Origin: Candidatus Saccharimonadota bacterium
Lineage (GTDB): Bacteria > Patescibacteriota > Saccharimonadia > Saccharimonadales > JAUPVS01
Assembly: GCA_037139495.1 (NCBI GenBank)
Contig: JBAXGG010000001.1
Location: forward strand, 3,025-67,024
DNA: 64,000 bases
Reading direction: 5' to 3'
Under the pieces are notes generated by a model, which ran no database searches, had not been told where the DNA came from, and saw only the letters and a program-made list of their open reading frames with translations. The translations under genes and the position numbers were made by a program. Shown in pieces: positions 9,954 to 18,598 of this stretch (the stretch's first letter is position 1; the number at the start of each line of letters is the position of its first letter).

Positions 9954-11186
9954 ATGACAGTGAAAAAACGTTTTTCTAACCCATCTAAAACTCCGCACCA
10001 AGCGAGGATACACCGACTAAAGAACCATCCCTTTGTCGTCCCTGTAGCAACTTTTTTGGTGCTTTTTATTTTTACCATGCTAGGTTTTATTTTTTTGGGA
10101 GGCAGCACTGTTGGCCCCAGTGATAGCCACATTGTTCATTTATACATAGATGGTAAACAGCAAATACTGCCAAGTCGGGCATCTACCGTTGGAGACTTGC
10201 TAAACCGTGCTCAGGTACAGGTTGGCGAGCATGATGTTGTCGAGCCGTCTCGAGATGCCGAAATTACCGATGACAACTTTAGTATCAACGTCTACCGTGC
10301 TCACGCCGTAACGATTGTTGATACTAGTGACGCTGGCAAGAAAACTTCGCTGGCAACTTACACCGCCCAGCAAAGCCCGACCTCGATAGTTAAACAGGCC
10401 GGTATCCAGTTATTACCTGAAGATACGGCAGTTCTGGCCCCCTCCGATAACGTTCTCCGGGACGGAATAATCAGCCAGAAGGTTGTGGTAGACCGAGCCA
10501 CGCCGGTAAAACTAAACTTGTACGGCGTAACTTATGATGTCCGTACTCATGCTAACACTGTCGAAGAGTTAATGAAGGAGCGTAGCATTAAATACGACGC
10601 TGCTTCGGTTTCTCCCGCTTTAGCCACGCCTATAAAAACCAACGACGCTATATTTGTAACTAATCCGGGTAAGAAAATCGCCACCACTGAGGAGATTATA
10701 GTCGCTGGACAGATTACTGTTAACGACCCGAACCTCGCTTTAGGACAAACTAAAGTTCAGAGTGAGGGCGTCGATGGTAAGAGAGTGGTCGTCTATGAGG
10801 TTGCTGCCGATGGCACTCAAAAAGCACTGCAAACAGTCATAGTGATTGAACCGGTAGCAAAAGTTATAGCCAAAGGCTCTAAGGTTGTTGCAAACCGAAT
10901 CGGTGGCGATAAAGGATCTATCTTAACTGCTGCCGGTGTACCAGCTGGTCAACAAGCCGCCGCTGACTTTGTTATATCGCGTGAATCTGGTTGGAACTTG
11001 GCCGCCCATAACAGCGGCGGTTGCTTAGGCCTCGGCCAAGCTTGCCCAGGTAGTAAACTGGTTAATGCCTGTCCTAACTGGGACACCGATGCCACCTGTC
11101 AGGTTCGCTTCTTTAGCGGTTACTCTAGCCGTTACGGTGGTTGGCAAGGCGCCCAAGAGTTCTGGTTGTTACACGGTTGGTGGTAG
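9954..11186 (+). CDS. RpfB/YabE-like cell-wall protein: TM anchor, DUF348 repeats, G5 domain, C-terminal Apf/lytic-transglycosylase-like domain
   Basis: TM near residues 27-48; ASTVGDLL and ANTVEELM repeats; G5-like QSEGVDGKRVV; SRESGW...GLGQ...RYGGW...GWW tail; upstream of rsmA as in the rpfB/yabE-ksgA arrangement. Confidence 0.85.
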   Translation: MTVKKRFSNPSKTPHQARIHRLKNHPFVVPVATFLVLFIFTMLGFIFLGGSTVGPSDSHIVHLYIDGKQQILPSRASTVGDLLNRAQVQVGEHDVVEPSRDAEITDDNFSINVYRAHAVTIVDTSDAGKKTSLATYTAQQSPTSIVKQAGIQLLPEDTAVLAPSDNVLRDGIISQKVVVDRATPVKLNLYGVTYDVRTHANTVEELMKERSIKYDAASVSPALATPIKTNDAIFVTNPGKKIATTEEIIVAGQITVNDPNLALGQTKVQSEGVDGKRVVVYEVAADGTQKALQTVIVIEPVAKVIAKGSKVVANRIGGDKGSILTAAGVPAGQQAAADFVISRESGWNLAAHNSGGCLGLGQACPGSKLVNACPNWDTDATCQVRFFSGYSSRYGGWQGAQEFWLLHGWW

Positions 11187-11221
11187 GGTTCCGTTTGGAG
11201 CTTCTCTGATAGAATAATTTA

Positions 11222-12004
11222 ATGACTGAACTACCTTTTGCTAAGAAGTCTTTGGGCCAGCACTGGCTCAATGACCAGGCTACATTAGAAGATATTTGTG
11301 ATAGTGCCGCTTTAACTGGTGATGACACGGTTCTAGAAATCGGGCCGGGGCCGGGAAGCCTAACCAAGCTATTGGTTCAAGAAGTCCAAAAAGTCGTGGC
11401 CGTTGAGTTTGACGAACGCCTTGCTCGCGATTTAGCTTTGTATGTACCGGCTGTCAACCTAGAAGTAGTTCATAGTGACATTCTTAAGTTCGACCTAACT
11501 ACGCTGCCAAAAAACTATAAAGTCGTCGCCAACATACCTTATTATTTGACTAGTAATCTACTTAGGACTCTCAGCGAATCCAGTAACCCACCGCAAATGG
11601 TAATCCTGCTGATTCAAAAAGAGGTGGCTCAGCGCGTCGCTGCCGGGCCAGGCGATATGTCTTTGCTTAGTGTTAGCATCCAGCTTTATTACCAGGCGCA
11701 ACTTGGCGCTAAAGTTCCGGCTGCCTTGTTCAGCCCACCGCCAAAAGTCGACTCGCAGGTTTTAATTTTAACCAAACATGCTAAGCCACTATTTACTGAT
11801 TACTCCCCCGAGAAGATTTTACCAGTGGTGAAGGCTGGTTTTTCGGCTCGCCGTAAAACTTTACTTAACTCCTTGAGCGGGGGGTTGAGGCTTGATAAAC
11901 CAGCTACAATTGAATTACTCCAAAATGCCCAGATTGAACCCAGTAAACGCCCCCAGGAACTTAGCCTCGAGGATTGGCATCGTTTAGCCGTTGTTTATAA
12001 ATAA
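11222..12004 (+). CDS. rsmA: 16S rRNA adenine dimethyltransferase RsmA/KsgA
   Basis: KKSLGQHWL, VLEIGPGPGSLT, VVANIPYY, QKEVAQR, FSPPPKVDS. Confidence 0.96.
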   Translation: MTELPFAKKSLGQHWLNDQATLEDICDSAALTGDDTVLEIGPGPGSLTKLLVQEVQKVVAVEFDERLARDLALYVPAVNLEVVHSDILKFDLTTLPKNYKVVANIPYYLTSNLLRTLSESSNPPQMVILLIQKEVAQRVAAGPGDMSLLSVSIQLYYQAQLGAKVPAALFSPPPKVDSQVLILTKHAKPLFTDYSPEKILPVVKAGFSARRKTLLNSLSGGLRLDKPATIELLQNAQIEPSKRPQELSLEDWHRLAVVYK

Positions 12005-12021
12005 GCCCCCTGCCCCATTTG

Positions 12022-12055
12022 ATACTTGACGTGTTAAGTATTGGGCTGCTAGACT
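12022..12055 (+). promoter_or_regulatory. Promoter with overlapping near-palindromic operator, probable MarR site
   Basis: ATACTTGACGTGTTAAGTAT inverted repeat covers -35 TTGACG; TGCTAGACT extended -10. Confidence 0.65.
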
Positions 12056-12072
12056 AAGTTATATGAGGCCTC

Positions 12073-12537
12073 ATGCAGCCAACCAGTAAAATCAGTTTTT
12101 TAATCCAACACCTCGCCTTCTCACTTGGTCATACCAATGATCAGGTTTTACAGGAACAACTTGGTTTAGGGTTTTCACAATTTAAGCTGATGATGGTGTT
12201 ACAGAAGATGCCAAACATTCAGCAAAAACAAATTGCAAACACTCTTAATCAAACTGAAGCAAGTATCAGCCGGCAAATCAAATTGCTACACGAAAAAAGT
12301 CTGCTACAGACCACAATAAGCCCCAAGAATCGACGCGAGCACATCACTACTCTAACCTCGAAAGGTGTTCGTTATACTGAAGAAGCTCGACGAATATTGA
12401 ATAACTACTATCAGCCGATGTTTGATCAGATGAACGATAAAGACCAAGAGCAGTTATTACATCATCTTGGTACTTTGCATGACTTTATCTGTCACGATAA
12501 AAAAACCGACATGTGCCAGAAATACATTAAAGATTAA
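12073..12537 (+). CDS. MarR-family transcriptional regulator
   Basis: Winged HTH QKQIANTLNQTEASISRQIKLL...NRREHITTLTSKG. Confidence 0.9.
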   Translation: MQPTSKISFLIQHLAFSLGHTNDQVLQEQLGLGFSQFKLMMVLQKMPNIQQKQIANTLNQTEASISRQIKLLHEKSLLQTTISPKNRREHITTLTSKGVRYTEEARRILNNYYQPMFDQMNDKDQEQLLHHLGTLHDFICHDKKTDMCQKYIKD

Positions 12538-12551
12538 ACCCGGAGAAATGA

Positions 12552-13862
12552 ATGACCCTGACCAGCAAAAAGAACTTATCTAAAAAAGCCTTACCAATTG
12601 TAATTTTTACCGTCTTTCTTGATGTTTTAGGAGTCGGTATTTTGATTCCCATACTGCCCCAGCTAGTATTCAGAGTATTCATACCAGCCGGCTTTACTTA
12701 CGACCAAGCTCTCATTACTTTAGGCTGGCTAGTCGGTATCTATGCCTTGATGCAGTTCATTGCTACGCCTATACTTGGCCAATTGTCGGACCGTTACGGC
12801 CGGAAAAAGATCTTAGCTATTAGTCTGGGAGGGACGGCCATAGGCTATAGTTTGTTCGCTATAGCAATAATTACCAAAAACATTCCGTTACTATTTTTCT
12901 CGAGAGCGTTTGATGGCATCACTGGTGGAAATATTAGTGTAGCTAGAGCAGTGGTTGCCGACGTTACTAAGCCTAAAGATCGTACCAAAAACTTTGGATT
13001 AATCGGTGCTGCTTTTGGGATTGGGTTTGTAATGGGGCCATATATTGGTGCCCGCCTGGCCTCTCCAAGTGTTAGCTTCTTTGGGCTCTTTAATACGCCT
13101 CATTGGTTTAGCGCCTCAACGCCATTTTGGTTCGCGGCTATCCTGGCAGTAATCAATACGACGCTAGTTCTGTTTATTTTGCCGGAGACCCACAAGCACA
13201 TCAACCACAAACTCAAGATGGTTTGGACTAAGTCTTTGAGTAACATAAAACGAGCTGCTGCGTCACCTGGCCTTAGAATTGTATTTACTTCTGAGTTTTT
13301 GTTCTACGGCGGTTTTACATTCTTTACGACTTTCTTCCAGATCTTGCTAATCCAAAAACTGCATTTTACGCAAAGTAACGTTGGCGACTTCTTTGCTTAC
13401 ATTGGTATATGGATCGCCTTAACCCAAGGTGTATTAACGCCACTCCTGGCCAAGTACTTTAAAAACTACCAGATTCTGCGCTTTACCTTTTTTGGGATGG
13501 GCTTGGCTCTGTTTGCTCAGCTGCTGCCATCCAATGCGACCCAGTTGTTGTTTGCCGCTCCGTTAATTGCGATTTTCGTTGGGTTAACTATGGCAAACAC
13601 CTCTGCTTTAATTAGCTTGTCGGCTGGAGCTGAGATGCAGGGAGAAATTCTTGGTATCGATGCCAGTGTACAGGCGCTGGCAACTGCCATACCGGCCATA
13701 ATTAGCGGATACGTAGCAACAATGGGTGTTAATATGCCAGTAATTGTAGGTGCTGTTGTGGTGATGATCGGTGGACTAATATTTGTTGGCTTCTACCGAC
13801 CATCAAACCATCTTTTACATGAAAGCCCAGCCGAAGCTCTGGCAGAATCTAGAGCAGCCTAA
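12552..13862 (+). CDS. MFS efflux transporter (TetA/DHA1-like)
   Basis: LDVLGVGILIPILP, GQLSDRYGRK motif A, FGLIGAAFGIGFVMGP. Confidence 0.9.
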   Translation: MTLTSKKNLSKKALPIVIFTVFLDVLGVGILIPILPQLVFRVFIPAGFTYDQALITLGWLVGIYALMQFIATPILGQLSDRYGRKKILAISLGGTAIGYSLFAIAIITKNIPLLFFSRAFDGITGGNISVARAVVADVTKPKDRTKNFGLIGAAFGIGFVMGPYIGARLASPSVSFFGLFNTPHWFSASTPFWFAAILAVINTTLVLFILPETHKHINHKLKMVWTKSLSNIKRAAASPGLRIVFTSEFLFYGGFTFFTTFFQILLIQKLHFTQSNVGDFFAYIGIWIALTQGVLTPLLAKYFKNYQILRFTFFGMGLALFAQLLPSNATQLLFAAPLIAIFVGLTMANTSALISLSAGAEMQGEILGIDASVQALATAIPAIISGYVATMGVNMPVIVGAVVVMIGGLIFVGFYRPSNHLLHESPAEALAESRAA

Positions 13863-13863
13863 A

Positions 13864-15549
13864 ATGACTAAGAAGAAAGCTATCTACATCGAAGATATAC
13901 CTGAGAACGCTGCTGAATATCAAAAAGGTCTGCGTAAGTGGCTACCGATTGTAATCTTGAGCTTGGCGCTGATGATTATCATCGTTGATACCACAGTTCT
14001 TAATGTTTCATTAAAGGTAATTTCTCAAGATCTGCACACTAACTTGCAGGGATTGCAGTGGGTAATTACCGCCTACGCTCTAACGTTAGCAGCGTTTACG
14101 ATTACCGGTGGGCGATTGGGTGACTTATTTGGCCGTAAAAAGATGTTCATGATGGGTGCAGTAATCTTTGCCGGTGGTTCGTTTATTACTTCTATCAGCC
14201 ACTCGGTCGGCATTATGTTAATCGGTGAATCGATTATTGAGGGTATTGGTGCCGCCTTGATGATGCCAGCTACGGCTTCTTTGTTGGTAGCGAACTATAA
14301 AGGGCGAGACCGTGCTATTGCCTTTGGAGTTTGGGGTGGTATTGCTGGGGCGTCCTCGGCCATCGGTCCGATTATTGGTGGTTTTTTGACAACCAACTAC
14401 AGCTGGCGCTGGGCCTTCCGTATTAACATTGTAGTAGCCATAGTGCTGTTAATGGGTTCAGTATTTATCGCAGAGTCACGTGATACTCTGGAGAAGAAGG
14501 AGCTCGACTTTGTTGGCGTATTACTGTCGGCAACCGGTTTGTTCGCTTTTGTTTACGGTATTATTGAGGCTCCAACTTACGGTTGGTGGAAAGCTAGCCA
14601 GCCTTGGAGCATTTTAGGACACAGCTTTACGCTAGGCGGTTATTCGATTACCCCAATCGCCATGGGAATTGGTGTCATCTTGCTTGCCTTGTTTGCGCTT
14701 TGGGAAAACTATGCTGAGAAGCAAGGGCATACACCGCTAGTTTCTCTGAAGTTATTTGCCAATACCCAGTTTACATCGGGTGCGAGCACAGTTGCATTGA
14801 TGTCGCTAGGTATGACTGGTTTAATTTTTGCTGTGCCAGTTTTTCTACAATCAGTCCGTAACCTGGATTCTTTGCACACTGGTCTCGCCCTACTACCTTT
14901 GTCGCTGGCTATTTTGATCGTAGCACCTAGTTCGGCAATTCTCGCAAAACACTATAGCGCTAAGAGGATCATTCAAACTGGCTTACTTATAGCCGTAATT
15001 GCTAGTCAGTATCTGCGTTTATTGATTGGTCCTAATGCCACAGCCTGGAATTTGGCGCCTGGCCTGGCTTTGTTTGGCATTGGCCTTGGCCTAGTTTTTG
15101 CTCAAGCTAGCAATCTAACTTTGTCGGCTGTCTCGGTAGAACAATCCGGCGAGGCATCGGGTGTTAATAACACGATGCGCCAGGTTGGTTCGACCTTTGG
15201 CTCGGCTATTATTGGCGCCGTCGTTCTAACTACCCTCGCCAGTGGCTTAGTTAAGGGTGTAATGAATAGTCCAGATATCCCAACCAAGCTTAAACCACAA
15301 TTATCAGCATTTGTAGCCCGCGACGCTTCGGCCGCTAGCTTGGATGGAGTTAAACTAGATAGTAATACGGCCGCGAAATTGCCAGCCAACACGAGCAATG
15401 TATTAACTGATATAGCACATCAAGCCTCGGCAGATGCCAGCCGTAAGGCTATGTTCTACACAGGAGTATTCTTATTGGGTGCATTCACTGTTTCTTTTGC
15501 ACTCCCCAATACGCGTGACCTAGAAGGCAGGGCCGCCGGACGTCACTAG
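13864..15549 (+). CDS. MFS efflux transporter (EmrB/QacA, DHA2)
   Basis: DTTVLNVSL, LQWVITAY, GRLGDLFGRK, WRWAFRIN; start moved to ATG 13864 just after the upstream stop. Confidence 0.9.
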   Translation: MTKKKAIYIEDIPENAAEYQKGLRKWLPIVILSLALMIIIVDTTVLNVSLKVISQDLHTNLQGLQWVITAYALTLAAFTITGGRLGDLFGRKKMFMMGAVIFAGGSFITSISHSVGIMLIGESIIEGIGAALMMPATASLLVANYKGRDRAIAFGVWGGIAGASSAIGPIIGGFLTTNYSWRWAFRINIVVAIVLLMGSVFIAESRDTLEKKELDFVGVLLSATGLFAFVYGIIEAPTYGWWKASQPWSILGHSFTLGGYSITPIAMGIGVILLALFALWENYAEKQGHTPLVSLKLFANTQFTSGASTVALMSLGMTGLIFAVPVFLQSVRNLDSLHTGLALLPLSLAILIVAPSSAILAKHYSAKRIIQTGLLIAVIASQYLRLLIGPNATAWNLAPGLALFGIGLGLVFAQASNLTLSAVSVEQSGEASGVNNTMRQVGSTFGSAIIGAVVLTTLASGLVKGVMNSPDIPTKLKPQLSAFVARDASAASLDGVKLDSNTAAKLPANTSNVLTDIAHQASADASRKAMFYTGVFLLGAFTVSFALPNTRDLEGRAAGRH

Positions 15550-15605
15550 ACGTAAGCACGATAATAATGGTATAATAGTAATACTGCTTAGGCAGGTTAC
15601 GTTAT

Positions 15606-16008
15606 GGGGCTGAATTTTAAGCTCGACGTTGGACTTTATCAGTTAGACTTGCAGGTCGCTTGCTCAGCGTTATAGGGCAAACCAGACTAGATGCAAAATC
15701 TTCTCTACGCGATGCTAAGGTAGCTGTAGCAAACTTGTTTGCACGCAGTGACTTCGCATTTGCAACAGCTTAAGTTTAATTACTTAAGCCGCTTCTTAAT
15801 CGACACCAGATAGATTAAGTCAGCGTCAAATCATCCGGTTGCTTATCGTATCCTGACTCTTTTACGGTACTAAGACTATGAGTCTGCAAGATGTACTATT
15901 TTGTCTGCTTTATACGCACATCCCTAAGACATTTAAGTAGACTATGCCTGTAGACAGCTAACAAAGATAAACTAGCGGACCCGGGGGCAGTACCCGGCAG
16001 CTCCACCA
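15606..16008 (+). ncRNA. ssrA: tmRNA
   Basis: 5' GGGGCTGAA...CTCGAC and 3' CCGGGGGCAGTACCCGGCAGCTCCACCA tRNA-Ala-like acceptor; internal tag ORF 15693-15773 ending FAFATA; TGGTATAAT promoter upstream. Confidence 0.95.
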
Positions 16009-16012
16009 AATG

Positions 16013-16042
16013 AGACTTATCAATATTTGATAGGTCTTTTTT
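16013..16042 (+). terminator. tmRNA terminator
   Basis: AGACTTATCA/TGATAGGTCT stem plus T run. Confidence 0.8.
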
Positions 16043-16135
16043 GTTTGTTCCTAATTTGTAAATTGACCCTACAGAGGGGGTTTGAACTTTGTGGAATTAC
16101 CTGCACACAGTTCCCCTTTAACTAAGATTTTTTCA

Positions 16136-16837
16136 CTAATCGCTAGAAGTCATGAAAACTACCAATCGTTCATCAAAATCGTTTGTGCCTTGAATAATTT
16201 TACCAGCGCAAGTCATTAAGTTTAGACCAGGTTTGCTCACTAAGACAGGGGATAAAACAGTATTCATATCGACTTGATTGGCTGGGTACGTTTTGGAGCT
16301 AACGACTTTATAGTTAAAAATTCTATCATCACCACGAGTGATGCTCACAGTGTCCCCAATTTTCAGCTTCCTCAAGTCATAAAAAAGACCTTTCGCTTGC
16401 CAACTCGATAAGTGGCCAAATATAAACATTGCCCCTCTTTGTCCCGGTTTAGCGCTGCCATTGTACCAGCCGGCGTCGTTAATATTACCTGGGTTGGTAA
16501 TCTGACCATCTTTGACGTCTAAACTAAATACACGAGCCTTATAGATATTAAGTTTTGTAACTGAAATATACTTTGGTAAATCTGGAGCTACTTTGTATTT
16601 TACAAGCATATCATGAGTTGGTTTATCTATAGATGGTGAAGTGGTTATGTGAACGTCTTTTGGTATTTTGGGCCTTGTTATGTTGGAATATATTATAAAG
16701 GAGCAAATGGTTAGTCCAGCAAAGCCCATGACTATCAAAAATATCGGCAACCAAGTTAGAGTTTTCTTTATTGCTTGGTGACCATTAACCCCCGAAATTT
16801 TTGACCACTCTTTTGTCGATTTTTTCTTATAAGCCAT
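16136..16837 (-). CDS. Class F sortase
   Basis: N-terminal TM; AGWY...KPGQRG, FGH, LNLMTCAG and ERLVV give the His-Cys-Arg triad. Confidence 0.9.
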   Translation of the reverse strand: MAYKKKSTKEWSKISGVNGHQAIKKTLTWLPIFLIVMGFAGLTICSFIIYSNITRPKIPKDVHITTSPSIDKPTHDMLVKYKVAPDLPKYISVTKLNIYKARVFSLDVKDGQITNPGNINDAGWYNGSAKPGQRGAMFIFGHLSSWQAKGLFYDLRKLKIGDTVSITRGDDRIFNYKVVSSKTYPANQVDMNTVLSPVLVSKPGLNLMTCAGKIIQGTNDFDERLVVFMTSSD

Positions 16838-16994
16838 TACTATATATTAACAAATTAGAATGGAACCACCCTAGTCTTAAGATAGAAAAATGAATTTTAG
16901 ATAGAGTCTTTACTTTATAAACAGGCTAAATAGCCATTATTAATACGTTTATGCTAAACTAATATTAAGTGTTCCAGCAAGAGGTAAAATAACT

Positions 16995-18401
16995 ATGAGA
17001 AAACAGCTTCGTTGGTTAATGGGAATAATTTCGGCAATTATTGCCTCTTCATTGTTGCTTTCGCCAACAATAGCACATGCTTTTACGCCGACTTTCAATG
17101 AATATTCCATACCCGGCGGGCCTGCTCAACCATTTGGAATAACAAGCGGCCCAGACGGTAATTTATGGTTTACCGAACGTTCTAAAGACTTTATTGGTAA
17201 AATTACGACCAGCGGAGTTGTCACCGAATATCCTGTTACCACAATCGGCACTGACAAGTTCAGTATCACGGCTGGGCCGGATAATAATCTTTGGTTTACT
17301 GAAGGTAGTGCCAATAAAATTGGTAAAATTACGACCAGCGGAGTTGTTACCGAATATTCCGTGCCAACAGCATCGGCTAACCCATTTCGGATAATTGCTA
17401 GTTCAGATGGTAACTTGTGGTTTACAGAGGAGTCAGCAAGCGGAATTGCGAAAATTACGACCAGCGGAGTTATCACCGAGTACGTTACCCCTACCAGCAA
17501 CTCAGGGCCAGATGGTATAACACTTGGACCAGATGGTAATATTTGGTTTGCGGAGCGTAATACCAATAATATTGCTAAAGTTACTCCAGCTGGAGTGATT
17601 ACTGAATATCACATCGGCAGTTCATTAGATACAAACGTAGTTGTAGCAGGACCAGATGGGAATATTTGGTTTGCGGAATCAACTGCCGGAAAAATTGGAA
17701 AAATGGCAACAGACGGTACAATACTCGCCGAGTTTTCCCTCCCACATACGTCAACCTTCTTCGAGATGGCTGCCGGACCGGAGGGGAACGTATGGTACAC
17801 CCAGCCAATGGCTACTGATGTAATCGGTCGGGTTACGCCGGAGGGTACAATTACCGAATTTACGCCACCAACGAGCAACTTCCAAGTAGCTGGTATAACC
17901 ACTGGACCAGATGGTAATATATGGTTTACCGAGCAATCCGAATCAAAGATAGGTAGTATGACTATTGCTCAAGCACCTGCTATTACTAATAAAACCGTTA
18001 CTGCTATAACCGGTAAACCGGACATCATTAACGTAGTTAGCGGTATCGGCAATAACCCAGGCCCAGCGACATTATCTATTGTGACTGCCCCCATCCATGG
18101 TAGCGCTACAGTGAATACGACAGATGGTACAATTACCTATACTTCGAATAGCGGTTATATTGGTAGTGATAGCTTAACGTATAGACTTTGCTCTGCTGAT
18201 GATATAGCGTCTTGTAAGCAAGCCGTACTTAGCTTCAGCGTTGTGTCTGATGCAGTAATAGCTCCACCTAAAACTGGTTTTGGAGCCTATACTGACAATA
18301 ACCGACAAAAACTGGCATTATACGGAAGTCTTACTACTATGTGTTTAATGACCTCCTACTTTGTGCGTCGTTACAACCGCAAGAATTCAGTGACTATTTA
18401 G
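16995..18401 (+). CDS. Secreted Vgb (virginiamycin B lyase)-like beta-propeller with Ig-like domain and C-terminal sortase-type sorting signal
   Basis: Signal peptide; seven ~42-aa GPDGNxWFTE repeats; Ig-like HGSATV...ITYT...GYIGSDSLTY; PPKTG + hydrophobic segment + RRYNRK. Confidence 0.85.
   Translation: MRKQLRWLMGIISAIIASSLLLSPTIAHAFTPTFNEYSIPGGPAQPFGITSGPDGNLWFTERSKDFIGKITTSGVVTEYPVTTIGTDKFSITAGPDNNLWFTEGSANKIGKITTSGVVTEYSVPTASANPFRIIASSDGNLWFTEESASGIAKITTSGVITEYVTPTSNSGPDGITLGPDGNIWFAERNTNNIAKVTPAGVITEYHIGSSLDTNVVVAGPDGNIWFAESTAGKIGKMATDGTILAEFSLPHTSTFFEMAAGPEGNVWYTQPMATDVIGRVTPEGTITEFTPPTSNFQVAGITTGPDGNIWFTEQSESKIGSMTIAQAPAITNKTVTAITGKPDIINVVSGIGNNPGPATLSIVTAPIHGSATVNTTDGTITYTSNSGYIGSDSLTYRLCSADDIASCKQAVLSFSVVSDAVIAPPKTGFGAYTDNNRQKLALYGSLTTMCLMTSYFVRRYNRKNSVTI
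17199..17471 (+). repeat. Intragenic 126-bp-period repeat
   Basis: Identical 21-mer AAAATTACGACCAGCGGAGTT at 17199, 17325 and 17451. Confidence 0.9.
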
Positions 18402-18545
18402 AAAACTTACAAGCTTTCTTCTTAATTCATCTTAGTCGCTCTTTCGTTTTTTATAATTTATATGCTTATCACAGAGTAATTAATGCTAACGTTGTAATTT
18501 CATTAATATTTGAGGTGTGAAAAATTATCAAGGTGCCTCACCATT

Positions 18546-18571
18546 AAAGACTCATCATTTATGAGTCTTTT
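18546..18571. terminator. Inverted repeat / bidirectional terminator-like hairpin
   Basis: AAAGACTCAT-CATTT-ATGAGTCTTT. Confidence 0.6.
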
Positions 18572-18598
18572 ATGCTACCTGTTTGTTATGATGAGGCT

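Noticed and set aside
13783-13863. N-terminal extension of the second MFS gene
   Set aside because: Overlaps the upstream gene; ATG 13864 right after its stop is the better start.
16070-16120. Hairpin with a reverse-strand GTTCAAACCCCCTC resembling a tRNA T-arm or att remnant
   Set aside because: No further tRNA structure; more simply a terminator-like stem for the convergent sortase gene.
17050-17960. Periodic repeats as a CRISPR array or DGR template
   Set aside because: The 126-bp period is in frame and encodes propeller blades; there are no unique spacers, cas genes or reverse transcriptase.
16995-18401. Virginiamycin B lyase resistance gene
   Set aside because: Signal peptide, Ig-like stalk and sorting signal indicate a surface protein; true Vgb is a cytoplasmic single-domain enzyme.
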